A stretch of 43,004 bases of DNA from Schlesneria sp. (GTDB lineage Bacteria; Planctomycetota; Planctomycetia; Planctomycetales; Planctomycetaceae), in contig JBAXBD010000001.1 of assembly GCA_037142165.1 (NCBI GenBank), positions 1 through 43,004 on the forward strand, given 5' to 3'. The notes under the pieces are model-generated. The model made no database searches, was not told the DNA's origin, and worked only from the letters and a program-made list of their open reading frames with translations. Position 1 is the stretch's first letter; each line of letters opens with the position of its first letter. A program made the translations under genes and the position numbers. This document shows, piece by piece, positions 26,076-36,076 of this stretch.

Positions 26076-26996
26076 TTAAAAACCCTCGTTAGTCTCTGGA
26101 AGCTTTTTCACCAGCTTCAGATCGGTCAGCCATGCCAGGGACTTTTCTTGCCAGGCATCCCACATCGGGCCTTTGTATCCATTCAAACCGTGACCGCCGG
26201 AAGGAAGTTCTAATAGCTCTCCGGCAACGTTGTGCTTCTTTAAGGCAGCATAAAACATCTGACTGTTTTCGATGACGACAGCCTTATCATCGATCGCGTG
26301 CGCGAGAAACGTCGGTGGCGTTTTTTCAGTCACTTGCTTCTCGTTTGAGAAGAGTTCAATCAACCTTTCCGAAGGGTTTTCACCCAAAAGCCTGGTTCTT
26401 GATCCGCTATGAGTCGAGACATTCATCGTGATCACGGGATAGACCAGAATCGCAAAGTCGGGACGACAACTGACTCGATCAACTGCGTCAGTGGCGTTTG
26501 GATCACCACCATCGAAGTGTGTTGCAGCCGTCGAAGCCAGATGACCACCGGCTGAAAAGCCCATGATACCGATCCGGGTCGGATCAATTTCCCAGGCTTT
26601 GGCGTTTGAGCGAATCGTACGAATCGCACGCTGAGCGTCGAGCAATGGAACGTAAGTTCGGCCCGCCGGTAGACGATATTCAAGGACAATTCCCGCAATA
26701 CCGTGTCCGTTCAACCATGCCGCAATGCCATGCCCTTCGGCTCCTGTGACCAGGCCGCCGTATCCGCCGCCGGGACAGATGACGATTGCAGTCCCATTTG
26801 GTTTCGGTGCACGATGGACTGTGATCCAGGTCTCGACCGATTCAGTTTTTCCGTCACCTGTCGGCGCTTTGCCGTTCCAGATTCCGATTCGTTCGCCTTC
26901 GTCAGCACCATAGGCGGAACCCAACGTCAATCCGAAATTCAGACAAACCAGAAACGCCAAAGCAAAACCTGGAAGCAAGTAGCGTAATGCACTCAT
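26076..26996 (-). CDS. Secreted alpha/beta hydrolase (acetyl esterase-like)
   Basis: Signal peptide, CPGGGY, GFSAGGHL, PPTFLAHAIDD, GGHG. Confidence 0.9.
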   Translation of the reverse strand: MSALRYLLPGFALAFLVCLNFGLTLGSAYGADEGERIGIWNGKAPTGDGKTESVETWITVHRAPKPNGTAIVICPGGGYGGLVTGAEGHGIAAWLNGHGIAGIVLEYRLPAGRTYVPLLDAQRAIRTIRSNAKAWEIDPTRIGIMGFSAGGHLASTAATHFDGGDPNATDAVDRVSCRPDFAILVYPVITMNVSTHSGSRTRLLGENPSERLIELFSNEKQVTEKTPPTFLAHAIDDKAVVIENSQMFYAALKKHNVAGELLELPSGGHGLNGYKGPMWDAWQEKSLAWLTDLKLVKKLPETNEGF

Positions 26997-27092
26997 GAGG
27001 CCCCTCGCAATGAATTGAAATCAGGAAGATTGAGATAAGAGAAGATACGCTCTTTTGACGGGCAAGGCGAGCGGGGGCTCACTTCGGCCCGG

Positions 27093-28310
27093 TCACGTTT
27101 TCTGCTGTCGAAATTGATCGACGGCAACTGCGATGATGATAATGATTCCAAGCAACATGTCTTGAACTGGATTCGTGACACCAAGGGCCGTGCACCCGCT
27201 GGTAATCACGGACATAATTAATGCACCCGTTAAAGTCCCAAGCACAGAAGCGCGGCCTCCGTTCAGACTCCCTCCTCCGATGATCACGGAGGCAATTACT
27301 TTTAATTCGAGCCCAAGCCCGGATGACGGGTTACCAACTGTCAGTCGCGAGAATTGGTAAAGACCTGCGATTCCGGTGAATAACCCACCCAGCGTATAAA
27401 TCGCGATCTTGTTCCAGCGAACATTGATCCCACATAACCGAGCGGTTGCTTCATTCGAACCGATCGCAAAAACGTATCGCCCGAAGACGGTGAAATGCAG
27501 AACACCTGCAAGTAGCATCGCCAAACCCAGTGTCAGCCACACGCCAACAGGCAACCCCTGAACCAGTGCCGTCGGCCGGATACTCAATAAATCTGCAAAC
27601 CAGGCGGGGACCTGCGTGGAAAGGTCGGGCCTGACGGTCGTATTGTCAGCGACCCACTTGGCCCAACCGAGATAAAGCTGCATCGTTCCAAGCGTCACGA
27701 TGAAGGGCACCATCTTGAGATAGCTAATCAGCAACCCATTCACCAGGCCGCAAAGACAACCGGTTCCGATGCCGATGATCAAGGCGAACAACGGAGTCCA
27801 CGGGGTCCAGCGAACGGATGATGCTATCACACGATCTCGTAGAAGGGACAGACTTTCGATCCGTTCCTTCACAGCAGCGACAGTGGTTTCGTCTTTGGCT
27901 CGTCGAAGATCATCTTCTGCCCCCTTTAATTTCTGATTGACACCGTTCACGTTGTCGCCAGCGAAAAGCCGCAATGCGATGTCTTCCTTGAGGCTCCAGG
28001 CCAGCATCGTAGCCGAGAGCGCGATCGCTGTTCCTACGGAGAGATCAATCCCGCCAGAGATGATCACGACCGTCATTCCCAGTGCTGCCACGGCGACAAT
28101 CGCGGTTTGGGTTGTAATGTTTCTCAGATTTTGCTCCGTTGCAAATCGGGCCTCTTTGCCATGAGTCCACTGATCCGCCACACAGAACAGGAGTGTTACC
28201 GTCAACAGCGCCAGAAACGGTCGTATCACACCAACGATTGAATTCCATGAAAGCCATCTTGCTTCGTTAGGAACAATCTCGTCGCTCGTCATGTTCGATG
28301 ATTTTTCCAT
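27093..28310 (-). CDS. Sugar ABC transporter permease (RbsC family)
   Basis: [55 protein letters not shown]. Confidence 0.92.
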   Translation of the reverse strand: MEKSSNMTSDEIVPNEARWLSWNSIVGVIRPFLALLTVTLLFCVADQWTHGKEARFATEQNLRNITTQTAIVAVAALGMTVVIISGGIDLSVGTAIALSATMLAWSLKEDIALRLFAGDNVNGVNQKLKGAEDDLRRAKDETTVAAVKERIESLSLLRDRVIASSVRWTPWTPLFALIIGIGTGCLCGLVNGLLISYLKMVPFIVTLGTMQLYLGWAKWVADNTTVRPDLSTQVPAWFADLLSIRPTALVQGLPVGVWLTLGLAMLLAGVLHFTVFGRYVFAIGSNEATARLCGINVRWNKIAIYTLGGLFTGIAGLYQFSRLTVGNPSSGLGLELKVIASVIIGGGSLNGGRASVLGTLTGALIMSVITSGCTALGVTNPVQDMLLGIIIIIAVAVDQFRQQKT

Positions 28311-28387
28311 GGTGCGTTAAGTGATTGAATCAGGTTTCAGATATGCCCGTTGGACATGAGCAAGAAGGATCTTTCGAATGGTAGTAC

Positions 28388-28467
28388 CGGGAGTGCGAAG
28401 CTCTTGTGGCGCCAAGAAACAGGTATGCCCATCGACGAAGCAACTTGGCCGGAGTATCGCCCCCCCG
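28388..28467. repeat. Degenerate copy of the GGGAGGGCGA... REP-like palindrome
   Basis: cgggagtgcgaagctc ... ggagtatcgcccccccg resembles 23845-23921. Confidence 0.5.
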
Positions 28468-28561
28468 AAACTTTAGCAGCCTGTGCCAATTTTCATTGTC
28501 TCTACAGATGACTATCCGTCATGGCACGTCTCTGCAGTTGATGTCCACTTTTTTTGATTGC

Positions 28562-29677
28562 TTAAACGCCCGCGGGTCGTTTCGGATCTTTTTCCAGTGG
28601 CAGTGTTACTCGCTTACCTGTCCATGCCGACTGGTAGATCGCCAGAACGATCTCTACGGCCTTTCGGCCCTCGTCGCCAGTAATTCTTGGCTTCTTACCG
28701 AGTTGAATTGCCTTGACGAAATCCTTCAGTTGTTCCATGTGGCCGACATAACTGATCGCCTTCGGATCGCTGGCGCCGCCAGAACCTTCTTCAAGGTTCA
28801 TCAGTTTATCGACGATGGCTCGGTCTTTGGGTTTAGGCTTTTCGAACTGCCACAGCAGGACTTCGTCCTGTTCAACAATCGCGGAACCCGTTGTTCCATG
28901 AATCTCGGTTTTCTTCAGCAAGCCAGGCCAGATTGCCGTGCTGGCAGTAATGGTCCCAACGGCACCATTTTTGAACTTGATCGCTGCGACGCCGATGTCT
29001 TCAACTTCGATTCGTTCATGAGCGAGCGTTGCGGTCACTGCGTTGACTTCGACGACATCGCCCATCAGCCAGTACAACAGGTCAACATTATGGATTGCCT
29101 GGTTCATATAGGCTCCACCGCCGTCCAGGTTCCAGGTGCCTCGCCAGCCCGTTTTTACAGGAGTCTTGGTTCCTTTTGGTTGAGGGCCATCATAATACTG
29201 CTGCGTTCTCCACCACTTGACGAAGGTGTCTCCGAGTACGAGTTTTCCGAATCGTCCGTCGGTAACTGCTTCTTTCAGTGCAATATTTGCCGGGCTGAAT
29301 CGCGACTGAAAGATCGGGCAAAGCATGACGCCATTTTTTCGACAAGCGTCAAGAATGGCATCACATCGCTTGAGTGTAATCTCCATCGGTTTTTCGACGA
29401 CGACGTGTTTCTTGGCCTGTGCAGCTTTGACCGCTGGTTCCATGTGAGCACCGCTCGGCGTACAGATCGTGACGATGCTCAGATTCGGGTCCGCCAGCAT
29501 CTTGTCGAGATCGTGATAAGCGGTCACTCCGGGATTTGCTGCGGCAAATGCATCGGCCGAAGCCGGAATGTTGTCGAAGCAGGCGACTAACCTGGTCCCT
29601 TTTATCCGCTTGATCGCTTCGGCATGGAAATTGGCGATCATTCCGCAACCAACAATTCCGAATCCGACTTGAGACAT
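28562..29677 (-). CDS. Gfo/Idh/MocA family oxidoreductase
   Basis: GIVGCGMIA, ICTPSGAH, VEKP, WRGTWNLDGGGAYMNQAIHNVD. Confidence 0.93.
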   Translation of the reverse strand: MSQVGFGIVGCGMIANFHAEAIKRIKGTRLVACFDNIPASADAFAAANPGVTAYHDLDKMLADPNLSIVTICTPSGAHMEPAVKAAQAKKHVVVEKPMEITLKRCDAILDACRKNGVMLCPIFQSRFSPANIALKEAVTDGRFGKLVLGDTFVKWWRTQQYYDGPQPKGTKTPVKTGWRGTWNLDGGGAYMNQAIHNVDLLYWLMGDVVEVNAVTATLAHERIEVEDIGVAAIKFKNGAVGTITASTAIWPGLLKKTEIHGTTGSAIVEQDEVLLWQFEKPKPKDRAIVDKLMNLEEGSGGASDPKAISYVGHMEQLKDFVKAIQLGKKPRITGDEGRKAVEIVLAIYQSAWTGKRVTLPLEKDPKRPAGV

Positions 29678-29780
29678 AATTTACCCTAGATGAGTTCAAT
29701 GACCGACTTCATTCGCAGAATTAATCATTCTACAGCCCACGCACGTAGAGTTCGATCCAAGCGGCAAAAATTGGACTATT

Positions 29781-30257
29781 CTACTGCAACGGCTTATTGA
29801 AACGGGTCGATTTTGGGGTTGTTTTGACCTGCATCACGCCGAGCTGTGTCTTGAGAAAATTGAAATATTTGGGATCTTCATCGGCGAACAATTCGTCGCC
29901 GTTTATCCGAAACGCAGTTTCCAGGGCATTGGCAGCCCCATTCAAATCGCCGATCTCGAATCGACTCTGACCGAGTCGTAGCCAGATGAACGGGTTCCCC
30001 TCACCATCGGGATACTCAAGGGCTTCACGCAAGGTGTCGCTTGCAGCAATGTAATCACGACGTTCAAAGTAAACGTCGCCGGCCGCCATAAGAATCCATG
30101 TCGCAGCAGGCCACTGATCTTTGGGGTTCGGCAGTAGTTCCCATGCGGCCTCATATTGGTCGAGTGCATCGTCAGGCTGATCGATCTGCGCGAACTGGTC
30201 CCCTTTTTGACAAAGCTTGTCAATCATCACTCGCAATTCGTCGGGAAGCTTAGGCAT
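29781..30257 (-). CDS. Tetratricopeptide repeat protein
   Basis: TPR-like helices ALDQYEAAWELLP, AGDVYF and NPFIWLRLGQ. Confidence 0.8.
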   Translation of the reverse strand: MPKLPDELRVMIDKLCQKGDQFAQIDQPDDALDQYEAAWELLPNPKDQWPAATWILMAAGDVYFERRDYIAASDTLREALEYPDGEGNPFIWLRLGQSRFEIGDLNGAANALETAFRINGDELFADEDPKYFNFLKTQLGVMQVKTTPKSTRFNKPLQ

Positions 30258-30391
30258 GGTCCACTCTTGAAAGCTGCATCAAATCAAAAGCGATTCGATT
30301 TCAATTCGGAATCTTATACAGACGGCCCCAATTCAGTCTCTCTCGAAACTCAAACTTTTTTGGAGGCGTCGTCGTTGGTCCACAAGACAAA

Positions 30392-30748
30392 TCATTCGAG
30401 CGAAGCCTGTCGTGATCCCTTCCAGTGAACGGCGTCGGTCCTTTCCATCCGGACAAGTCCGTGCCACCGCCGCCCCGAAAGGATGACTTCGCAAACCTCC
30501 GGTTGGTCCACTCGCCATTGAAACGTTCCGCTGTCCCATCGGGTCACGGCACCACGCTGACCACTGATCGGGCCTTCGTAGTCAAGATAAATCAATCGAT
30601 GATCAGGAATCGCTTCGGCTGGAAAGTCGTCCACCGACAATTCGGGGTCAACCAGTAGACGCCAGGTACGACAATGGTCTCCGTTTTCCAATAAAAAATC
30701 CCAATGCAAAAATGGGTGATCATGAACAAGGATGACAAACCGAGGCAT
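30392..30748 (-). CDS. Stand-alone LigD-type 3'-phosphoesterase (PE) domain protein
   Basis: RFVILVH, HWDFLLE, DHRLIYLDYEG, GAVTRWDSG. Confidence 0.82.
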   Translation of the reverse strand: MPRFVILVHDHPFLHWDFLLENGDHCRTWRLLVDPELSVDDFPAEAIPDHRLIYLDYEGPISGQRGAVTRWDSGTFQWRVDQPEVCEVILSGRRWHGLVRMERTDAVHWKGSRQASLE

Positions 30749-30764
30749 TCGCTTGCACCTTCGT

Positions 30765-33700
30765 TCAAGAGCTGAGCTTCCGACCCGGAATGCCGGTCCA
30801 CGAGGAATTTGCCGGCAGCGATTCGCCCTTCATGACCAGCGACAAATCTCCGACGGATGCGCCGTCTCGAATGTGCGTATCATACAATACCAGCGACATG
30901 GCACCGAGGTGGCAGTTGTCATCCACTTTGACAGTTGCCATTTTCATCACACGATCTTCAAACAGATGAGTTTGCAGTGTGCAATCGAGATTCACCGCAA
31001 CATCATTGCCGATATGAACAAGGTCAAATTCGGTGAGCTCGGTCGTATCGAGATAGACTCGGCGACCGATCTTTGCGCCCAGCAGACGGAAAAACATACA
31101 GACATAGGGAGTACCCGCCAGCAGATCGAGAAAAAACGGCGAGGCGAAGTTATCGAGAAGCGATGTGACCACTTCCGTCCGCCATACGAATGGACTCCAA
31201 AGCGGACGTTCACTCGGACGGTATCGCCCCATCAGCAACCATTTGATACCGACCATTAACAGGGCTGCGGTCGTTCCCGTCATCATATAAAGCAGAGGAA
31301 ACAAGGCAGCAATTTCCCAGACTCGTATCCCGTCAAGGTGCATCAACAAGACGGTCGAAAGCAGGATATTCGTAAAAATAATAAACAGCGTTGACGGCAA
31401 AGTGATACGAAAGAACTCGATAAATAATCGCTGCGTCAATAACCACGGCGTCGGTCGGAATGTCTCTTCTTCGCTGAAGTCGGTATTCGTTTGCCGCTGG
31501 GGCAGGAAGAACGAGGGAGAGCCAAGCCAGGACGAACCGTCTGTCATCGGCACGACAGGCGGAATGGACAGGCAGCCAATCAGGCTGTTATCGGGGATGT
31601 TCGCTCCGATAGGGATCAGAGCACTATTCCCAATAAATGTTCGCTGACCGATCGTTGTATGATCAATCAACATCACCCCTTGACGAACGCGTGCTGCCCC
31701 CAGCGAGACCGAGTCGGCAACAAAGCTTTCATCGCCAATCGTCAGGCAGTCAGGTGAGACGAACGACGCAGTGGAGACTTCGGCCCGATGTCCAATCCGG
31801 GCTCCGAGTAACCGATACCACGGGGCCAGATAGAGCGTTGAATAGAGTGGGCCAATAACGTCGAGACTCAAGTGCATCAGTCGGTCAACGAACCATTTCC
31901 GGTAATAGAAACTGTGATGCAATGGATAGGCACCAGGATGGACTCGTCCCAGTAGCAGCCATTTGACCGCAGCGATTTCCAGACTGATGAGCACGACAAA
32001 CGACAAAGCGACAAGCGGCGATAGAACCAGGTAAGAATAATGTTCATCGATGTAGTTCAGGTGCGCCATCACTGCCATCCCTGGAAAGAATGCCGCCATC
32101 GGTAACAACGGGAAAATCAGAATGCCGACGATGTACAAAACGCCGTAGCCAAAACGGCGCCCAAACGAAGGTCGAACGGCAGAATGGTTCGGTTCCGGTG
32201 CCACATCACGTTCGACTCGACGAGACGGCGAGCCGTTCCAGCATTCACCCGCCGGAATACAAGTGTTCGACGTCAGCAAAGAAAGATCGTCAAGCTCGGC
32301 ATCGTCCTCCATGCGTGAATCAGGACAGAGAACGGTTCGCGTTCCGACGAAGCAGCGTTGCCCGATATCGATTCGCCCGAGGATCAGCCAGCCGTCTTCC
32401 ACCGTTGCCCCGGTAAAGTGCGAATCGGCCCCCAGACAACTGTCGTCCCCGACCGAGAGCAGGTCGTAGGCCTGACAACCATCATTTCCAAGATAAACGC
32501 TTGTTCCGATTTTTGCCCCCATCAGACGATAATATAACGTTAACAGCGGTGTTCCCGTCAGATAGCTGGTCGGCACGATGTTGCGTATTGATTGCACGAA
32601 CCACCAGCGGCAGAAGTAGATTCCCCATAGGGGATATCGCCCAGGTTTAATCCGTCCGATCACCGTCCATTTCACCGCGATCGAAAGAGCCAGCATCACC
32701 GGATAAAGCAGTACTAAAGTCATCAGTGACAGGAATATGGCTTCAAGACCAGTACGACCCCGGTCGAGTAAAAACGTGTAAGTCAAATAGGGAGCCAGCC
32801 ACTGCAGGGAAAAGAAACCGACAACGAAGTAGAGACCGACCGATTGCACGACCCCGCACAGTGCATGTTGCCATGACGAGACTCGTCTTATCACGCGATG
32901 CTTGGCTGTCGTCGCATTTGACACATCCTGGTTTGAACTTCGGTTTCGGTCACGTAACGCGTCAGCTAATTTCGTGATCGTCGGATACCGATAGACGTCG
33001 AGCATCGAAATGTCGGCGAATTCAGGAAACTTCCGTAGAGACGACACCATCCGTGCCCCAAGCAGCGAATGCCCGCCAAGATCAACAAAGAAGTCTTCAT
33101 CGGGTCTAATGGCAACGGCTGAGAAGACCTCGTTCCATGCAACGGCAAGTTGTCCCTCGAAGTCGTCTCGTGGTTTCCAATTGTTCGTCCCATCAATCCC
33201 CGTCGGCTTTTCTCGTGCCAATCGTGCACGAGGTGCCGGCAATTGCTTACGGTCAACCTTTCCGCTGGTTAACGTTGGCAACGATTCGATCGTCTCGAAC
33301 AACGAGGGAATCATGTATACGGGAAGAGACTGACGTAATGTCATTCGCAATTCATCTTCGTCAATTTCCGCACCGGTTCGAGGCACGAGATACGCAATCA
33401 ACTGCTGCACGCCCGGAACGTCTTCACGTACGGTGACGGCAGCCGCAAGGACCCCCGGGCACCGGATCAGTTCAGATTCGATTTCGGAAAGTTCGACCCG
33501 AAATCCCCGCAGTTTGATCTGCCCGTCCGCTCGACCAAGAAATTCCAATTGGCCGTCGTTTGTCCAACGAGCCAAATCGCCAGACCGATAAAGTCGTTCC
33601 GGTGAGCCATCGGGTGACACGTTGATCATTGCAAAGCGTTCGAGAGTCAGGTCGTCCCGCCCCATGTAACCTCGCGCAAGACCCGCGCCTCCCAGATACA

Positions 33701-34769
33701 ATTCACCCGTCTCACCTGGTGAAAGCGGATGTCCCTGTTCGTTCATGACATAAGCGGTATAACCCGGCAACGGCTCGCCGATCGTGACTGATTTTGCAGG
33801 GTCACATTCGGTCCACGTCGCAATGACTGTCGCTTCAGTCGGTCCATAGGTGTTGAACATCCTTCGGCCTGATTGGCACCACCTGGTGATGAGATCGTGC
33901 GAACAGGCTTCACCTCCGACGATCAGAAGACGAACGGTCGGCAGGTCTCCTTCCATCATCGCAAGCAGTGTTGGGACACACGAAAGAACTGTTATCCTCA
34001 AATCAGTCAACATGCGCGGCAGGTCGGGTCCCGCGTGAACCATTTCGGCTGTCGCGGCGACAAGTGTTGCGCCGGCGCACCATGCGAGCCAAAGTTCCTC
34101 GACTGATGCGTCGAAGGCAATTGAAAAACCTTGATAAATCCGGTCATCGGTTCGAATCGCAAATCTCGCGGCCTCTGCTTGTACCAGATGAACGGCGTTT
34201 CGATGCTCGATCTGCACTCCCTTTGGTTTACCGGTCGACCCGGATGTGTAAATAACGTAACAGAGATTCGTTGATCTTAATCCTCGATCATCAAGCGGTA
34301 ACCGCGTGCGAAGCTGTTGCGATATTGTGTGTGAGTCCGAGTCCAATCTGATAATCGTTTTGTCCAATCCGACAAGTCGATTCGCAAATTCGGATGTCGA
34401 AATCACAATCTGACTTTTGGAGTTTTCCAGAATGTAGGCGATTCGATCGACTGGATATTCGGCATCTAACGGGACGTAGGCTGCTCCCGATTTCAGAATT
34501 CCCAGCAATGCGACATAGACGTCAGTAGAACGAGGTAACCAGAAGGAAACGCATGTCTCAGGGCCGACCCCCATCAAGCAGAGATGCCTCGCTAACTGAT
34601 TTGCCGCCTCATCGAGTTCCCGATACGTCAATCGCGAAGGACCACACTCGACTGCAATCTGATCAGGATGAAGATCGACCTGCGCTTCGAAAAGATCAGG
34701 CAATCGCGTACCGGTTTCCTCGCTCGGTTTTCCGAGTGACGTCATCAAAACATCAATCGATCCAGACAT
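30765..34769 (-). CDS. Pls/PosA-family single-module NRPS-like synthetase (A-T plus TM helices and three beta-helix domains)
   Basis: A-domain cores YTSGSTGKPKG, FDAS, YGPTE, GELYLGG, YRSGDL and QIKLRGFRVEL. T domain DFFVDLGGHSL. No C or TE domain. TM helices alternate with three RL(M/L)GA(K/R)IG hexapeptide domains, and LQTHLFEDRVMK lies near the end. Exact start uncertain. Confidence 0.9.
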   Translation of the reverse strand: MSGSIDVLMTSLGKPSEETGTRLPDLFEAQVDLHPDQIAVECGPSRLTYRELDEAANQLARHLCLMGVGPETCVSFWLPRSTDVYVALLGILKSGAAYVPLDAEYPVDRIAYILENSKSQIVISTSEFANRLVGLDKTIIRLDSDSHTISQQLRTRLPLDDRGLRSTNLCYVIYTSGSTGKPKGVQIEHRNAVHLVQAEAARFAIRTDDRIYQGFSIAFDASVEELWLAWCAGATLVAATAEMVHAGPDLPRMLTDLRITVLSCVPTLLAMMEGDLPTVRLLIVGGEACSHDLITRWCQSGRRMFNTYGPTEATVIATWTECDPAKSVTIGEPLPGYTAYVMNEQGHPLSPGETGELYLGGAGLARGYMGRDDLTLERFAMINVSPDGSPERLYRSGDLARWTNDGQLEFLGRADGQIKLRGFRVELSEIESELIRCPGVLAAAVTVREDVPGVQQLIAYLVPRTGAEIDEDELRMTLRQSLPVYMIPSLFETIESLPTLTSGKVDRKQLPAPRARLAREKPTGIDGTNNWKPRDDFEGQLAVAWNEVFSAVAIRPDEDFFVDLGGHSLLGARMVSSLRKFPEFADISMLDVYRYPTITKLADALRDRNRSSNQDVSNATTAKHRVIRRVSSWQHALCGVVQSVGLYFVVGFFSLQWLAPYLTYTFLLDRGRTGLEAIFLSLMTLVLLYPVMLALSIAVKWTVIGRIKPGRYPLWGIYFCRWWFVQSIRNIVPTSYLTGTPLLTLYYRLMGAKIGTSVYLGNDGCQAYDLLSVGDDSCLGADSHFTGATVEDGWLILGRIDIGQRCFVGTRTVLCPDSRMEDDAELDDLSLLTSNTCIPAGECWNGSPSRRVERDVAPEPNHSAVRPSFGRRFGYGVLYIVGILIFPLLPMAAFFPGMAVMAHLNYIDEHYSYLVLSPLVALSFVVLISLEIAAVKWLLLGRVHPGAYPLHHSFYYRKWFVDRLMHLSLDVIGPLYSTLYLAPWYRLLGARIGHRAEVSTASFVSPDCLTIGDESFVADSVSLGAARVRQGVMLIDHTTIGQRTFIGNSALIPIGANIPDNSLIGCLSIPPVVPMTDGSSWLGSPSFFLPQRQTNTDFSEEETFRPTPWLLTQRLFIEFFRITLPSTLFIIFTNILLSTVLLMHLDGIRVWEIAALFPLLYMMTGTTAALLMVGIKWLLMGRYRPSERPLWSPFVWRTEVVTSLLDNFASPFFLDLLAGTPYVCMFFRLLGAKIGRRVYLDTTELTEFDLVHIGNDVAVNLDCTLQTHLFEDRVMKMATVKVDDNCHLGAMSLVLYDTHIRDGASVGDLSLVMKGESLPANSSWTGIPGRKLSS

Positions 34770-35071
34770 GGAGAACTTTCTGATCGCGAACCGCTTCCAT
34801 CGGGCGACGACATAAAGCCGCGTAGTATTGCATCCCATCAGGTTCAAGGCGAGTCGATTGGACGACGTATTGAAAAATTAAGGTGGCTTTGATCAAGCGT
34901 TTTTTTGATCCGAAGTTTCTTCACCAATCCATGAACCGGTATGGAACTAACGTTTCCAGTAAAGAAGTGGATCACAAGAACCACTCCTTTGGCAGGGTAA
35001 ATTGACCAATCTCTTGGGCGGACGCTACGCTCTGTCAAAAATTCGCCAGATCACACGTACAGAAGACGTCT

Positions 35072-35980
35072 ATGACCCTATGCGGAGTTCTCAATGTCGA
35101 TAAGCCCGCGGGGCTGACATCGCGCGATGTCGTTAACCAAATTGTTCGAATCGTCCGTCCAGCCAAGGTTGGCCACGCGGGAACGCTCGATCCGCTGGCG
35201 ACTGGTGTACTCGTCGTTTGTGTGGGACATGCAACCAGGCTGGTCAGCCTGGCACAAGAAGGGCGCAAACGATATCTCGGTCGATTCTTACTCGGTCAAA
35301 CCAGCGATACAGATGACAACACTGGGAATGTTGTCGAGGGGGGCGACTGGAAGCACGTGACCTTCGATCAGATTGCCAGTCTGCTTACTGAATTTACGGG
35401 TTGTGTCGATCAGGTTCCACCGCAGTTTTCCGCGATCCATGTTCAAGGTCAACGCGCTTACGATTTGGCTCGTCGTGGCGAATCGGTTGATTTGGCTTCG
35501 CGTCCGGTTGAAATCTTTTCGATACGGATCACGCAATTCTGTCTGCCCGAATTTGAATTGGAAATAGAATGTGGTAGTGGTACTTACATAAGGTCGATTG
35601 GCCGCGATTTGGGTTCACGCCTGGGTTGTGGTGCGATGATGACTCAACTGAGAAGACTTGGCGTTGGACCGTTTGATGTCTCGGACGCCGTTTCTTTGGA
35701 TCGCTTAACCCCTGCCTCAATTAATGAGGCATTGCAGCCCGCACTCACGATTGCGTCGAACCTTCGTCAACGCCACCTGTCAGGCGATGAAGTCATTGCC
35801 GTTCGGCGTGGTCAAAGCATCCGTGACGTCTCTCGATTAACCGATGGTCATCTCGATTGCATCAATGAGACAGTTGAACATCGAACCGCGCTTGTCGGTC
35901 CCGATGGATCGCTGATCGGAATTGGCGAACTTGACCCCGTCGCGCATCGACTGCACCCGCGTATCGTATTCCCGAACTAA
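35072..35980 (+). CDS. truB: tRNA pseudouridine(55) synthase
   Basis: VDKPAGLTSRDVV, KVGHAGTLDPLATGVL, QVPPQFSA, CGSGTYIRS. Confidence 0.96.
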   Translation: MTLCGVLNVDKPAGLTSRDVVNQIVRIVRPAKVGHAGTLDPLATGVLVVCVGHATRLVSLAQEGRKRYLGRFLLGQTSDTDDNTGNVVEGGDWKHVTFDQIASLLTEFTGCVDQVPPQFSAIHVQGQRAYDLARRGESVDLASRPVEIFSIRITQFCLPEFELEIECGSGTYIRSIGRDLGSRLGCGAMMTQLRRLGVGPFDVSDAVSLDRLTPASINEALQPALTIASNLRQRHLSGDEVIAVRRGQSIRDVSRLTDGHLDCINETVEHRTALVGPDGSLIGIGELDPVAHRLHPRIVFPN

Positions 35981-36005
35981 TTCCCATGTCCGTCATAAAG
36001 CCGAC

Positions 36006-36033
36006 AGACTGCCAGGGTGAACCCTGGCAGTCT
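36006..36033. terminator. Hairpin between convergent genes (possible terminator)
   Basis: agactgccaggg-tgaa-ccctggcagtct, a perfect 12-bp stem with no clear U-tract. Confidence 0.55.
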
Positions 36034-36076
36034 CATGGTAAAGATTCTTGATGACGTGTCACGCAGTCGGTCAAAT

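Noticed and set aside
28406-29590. 394-aa plus-strand ORF
   Set aside because: Antisense shadow of the Gfo/Idh/MocA gene.
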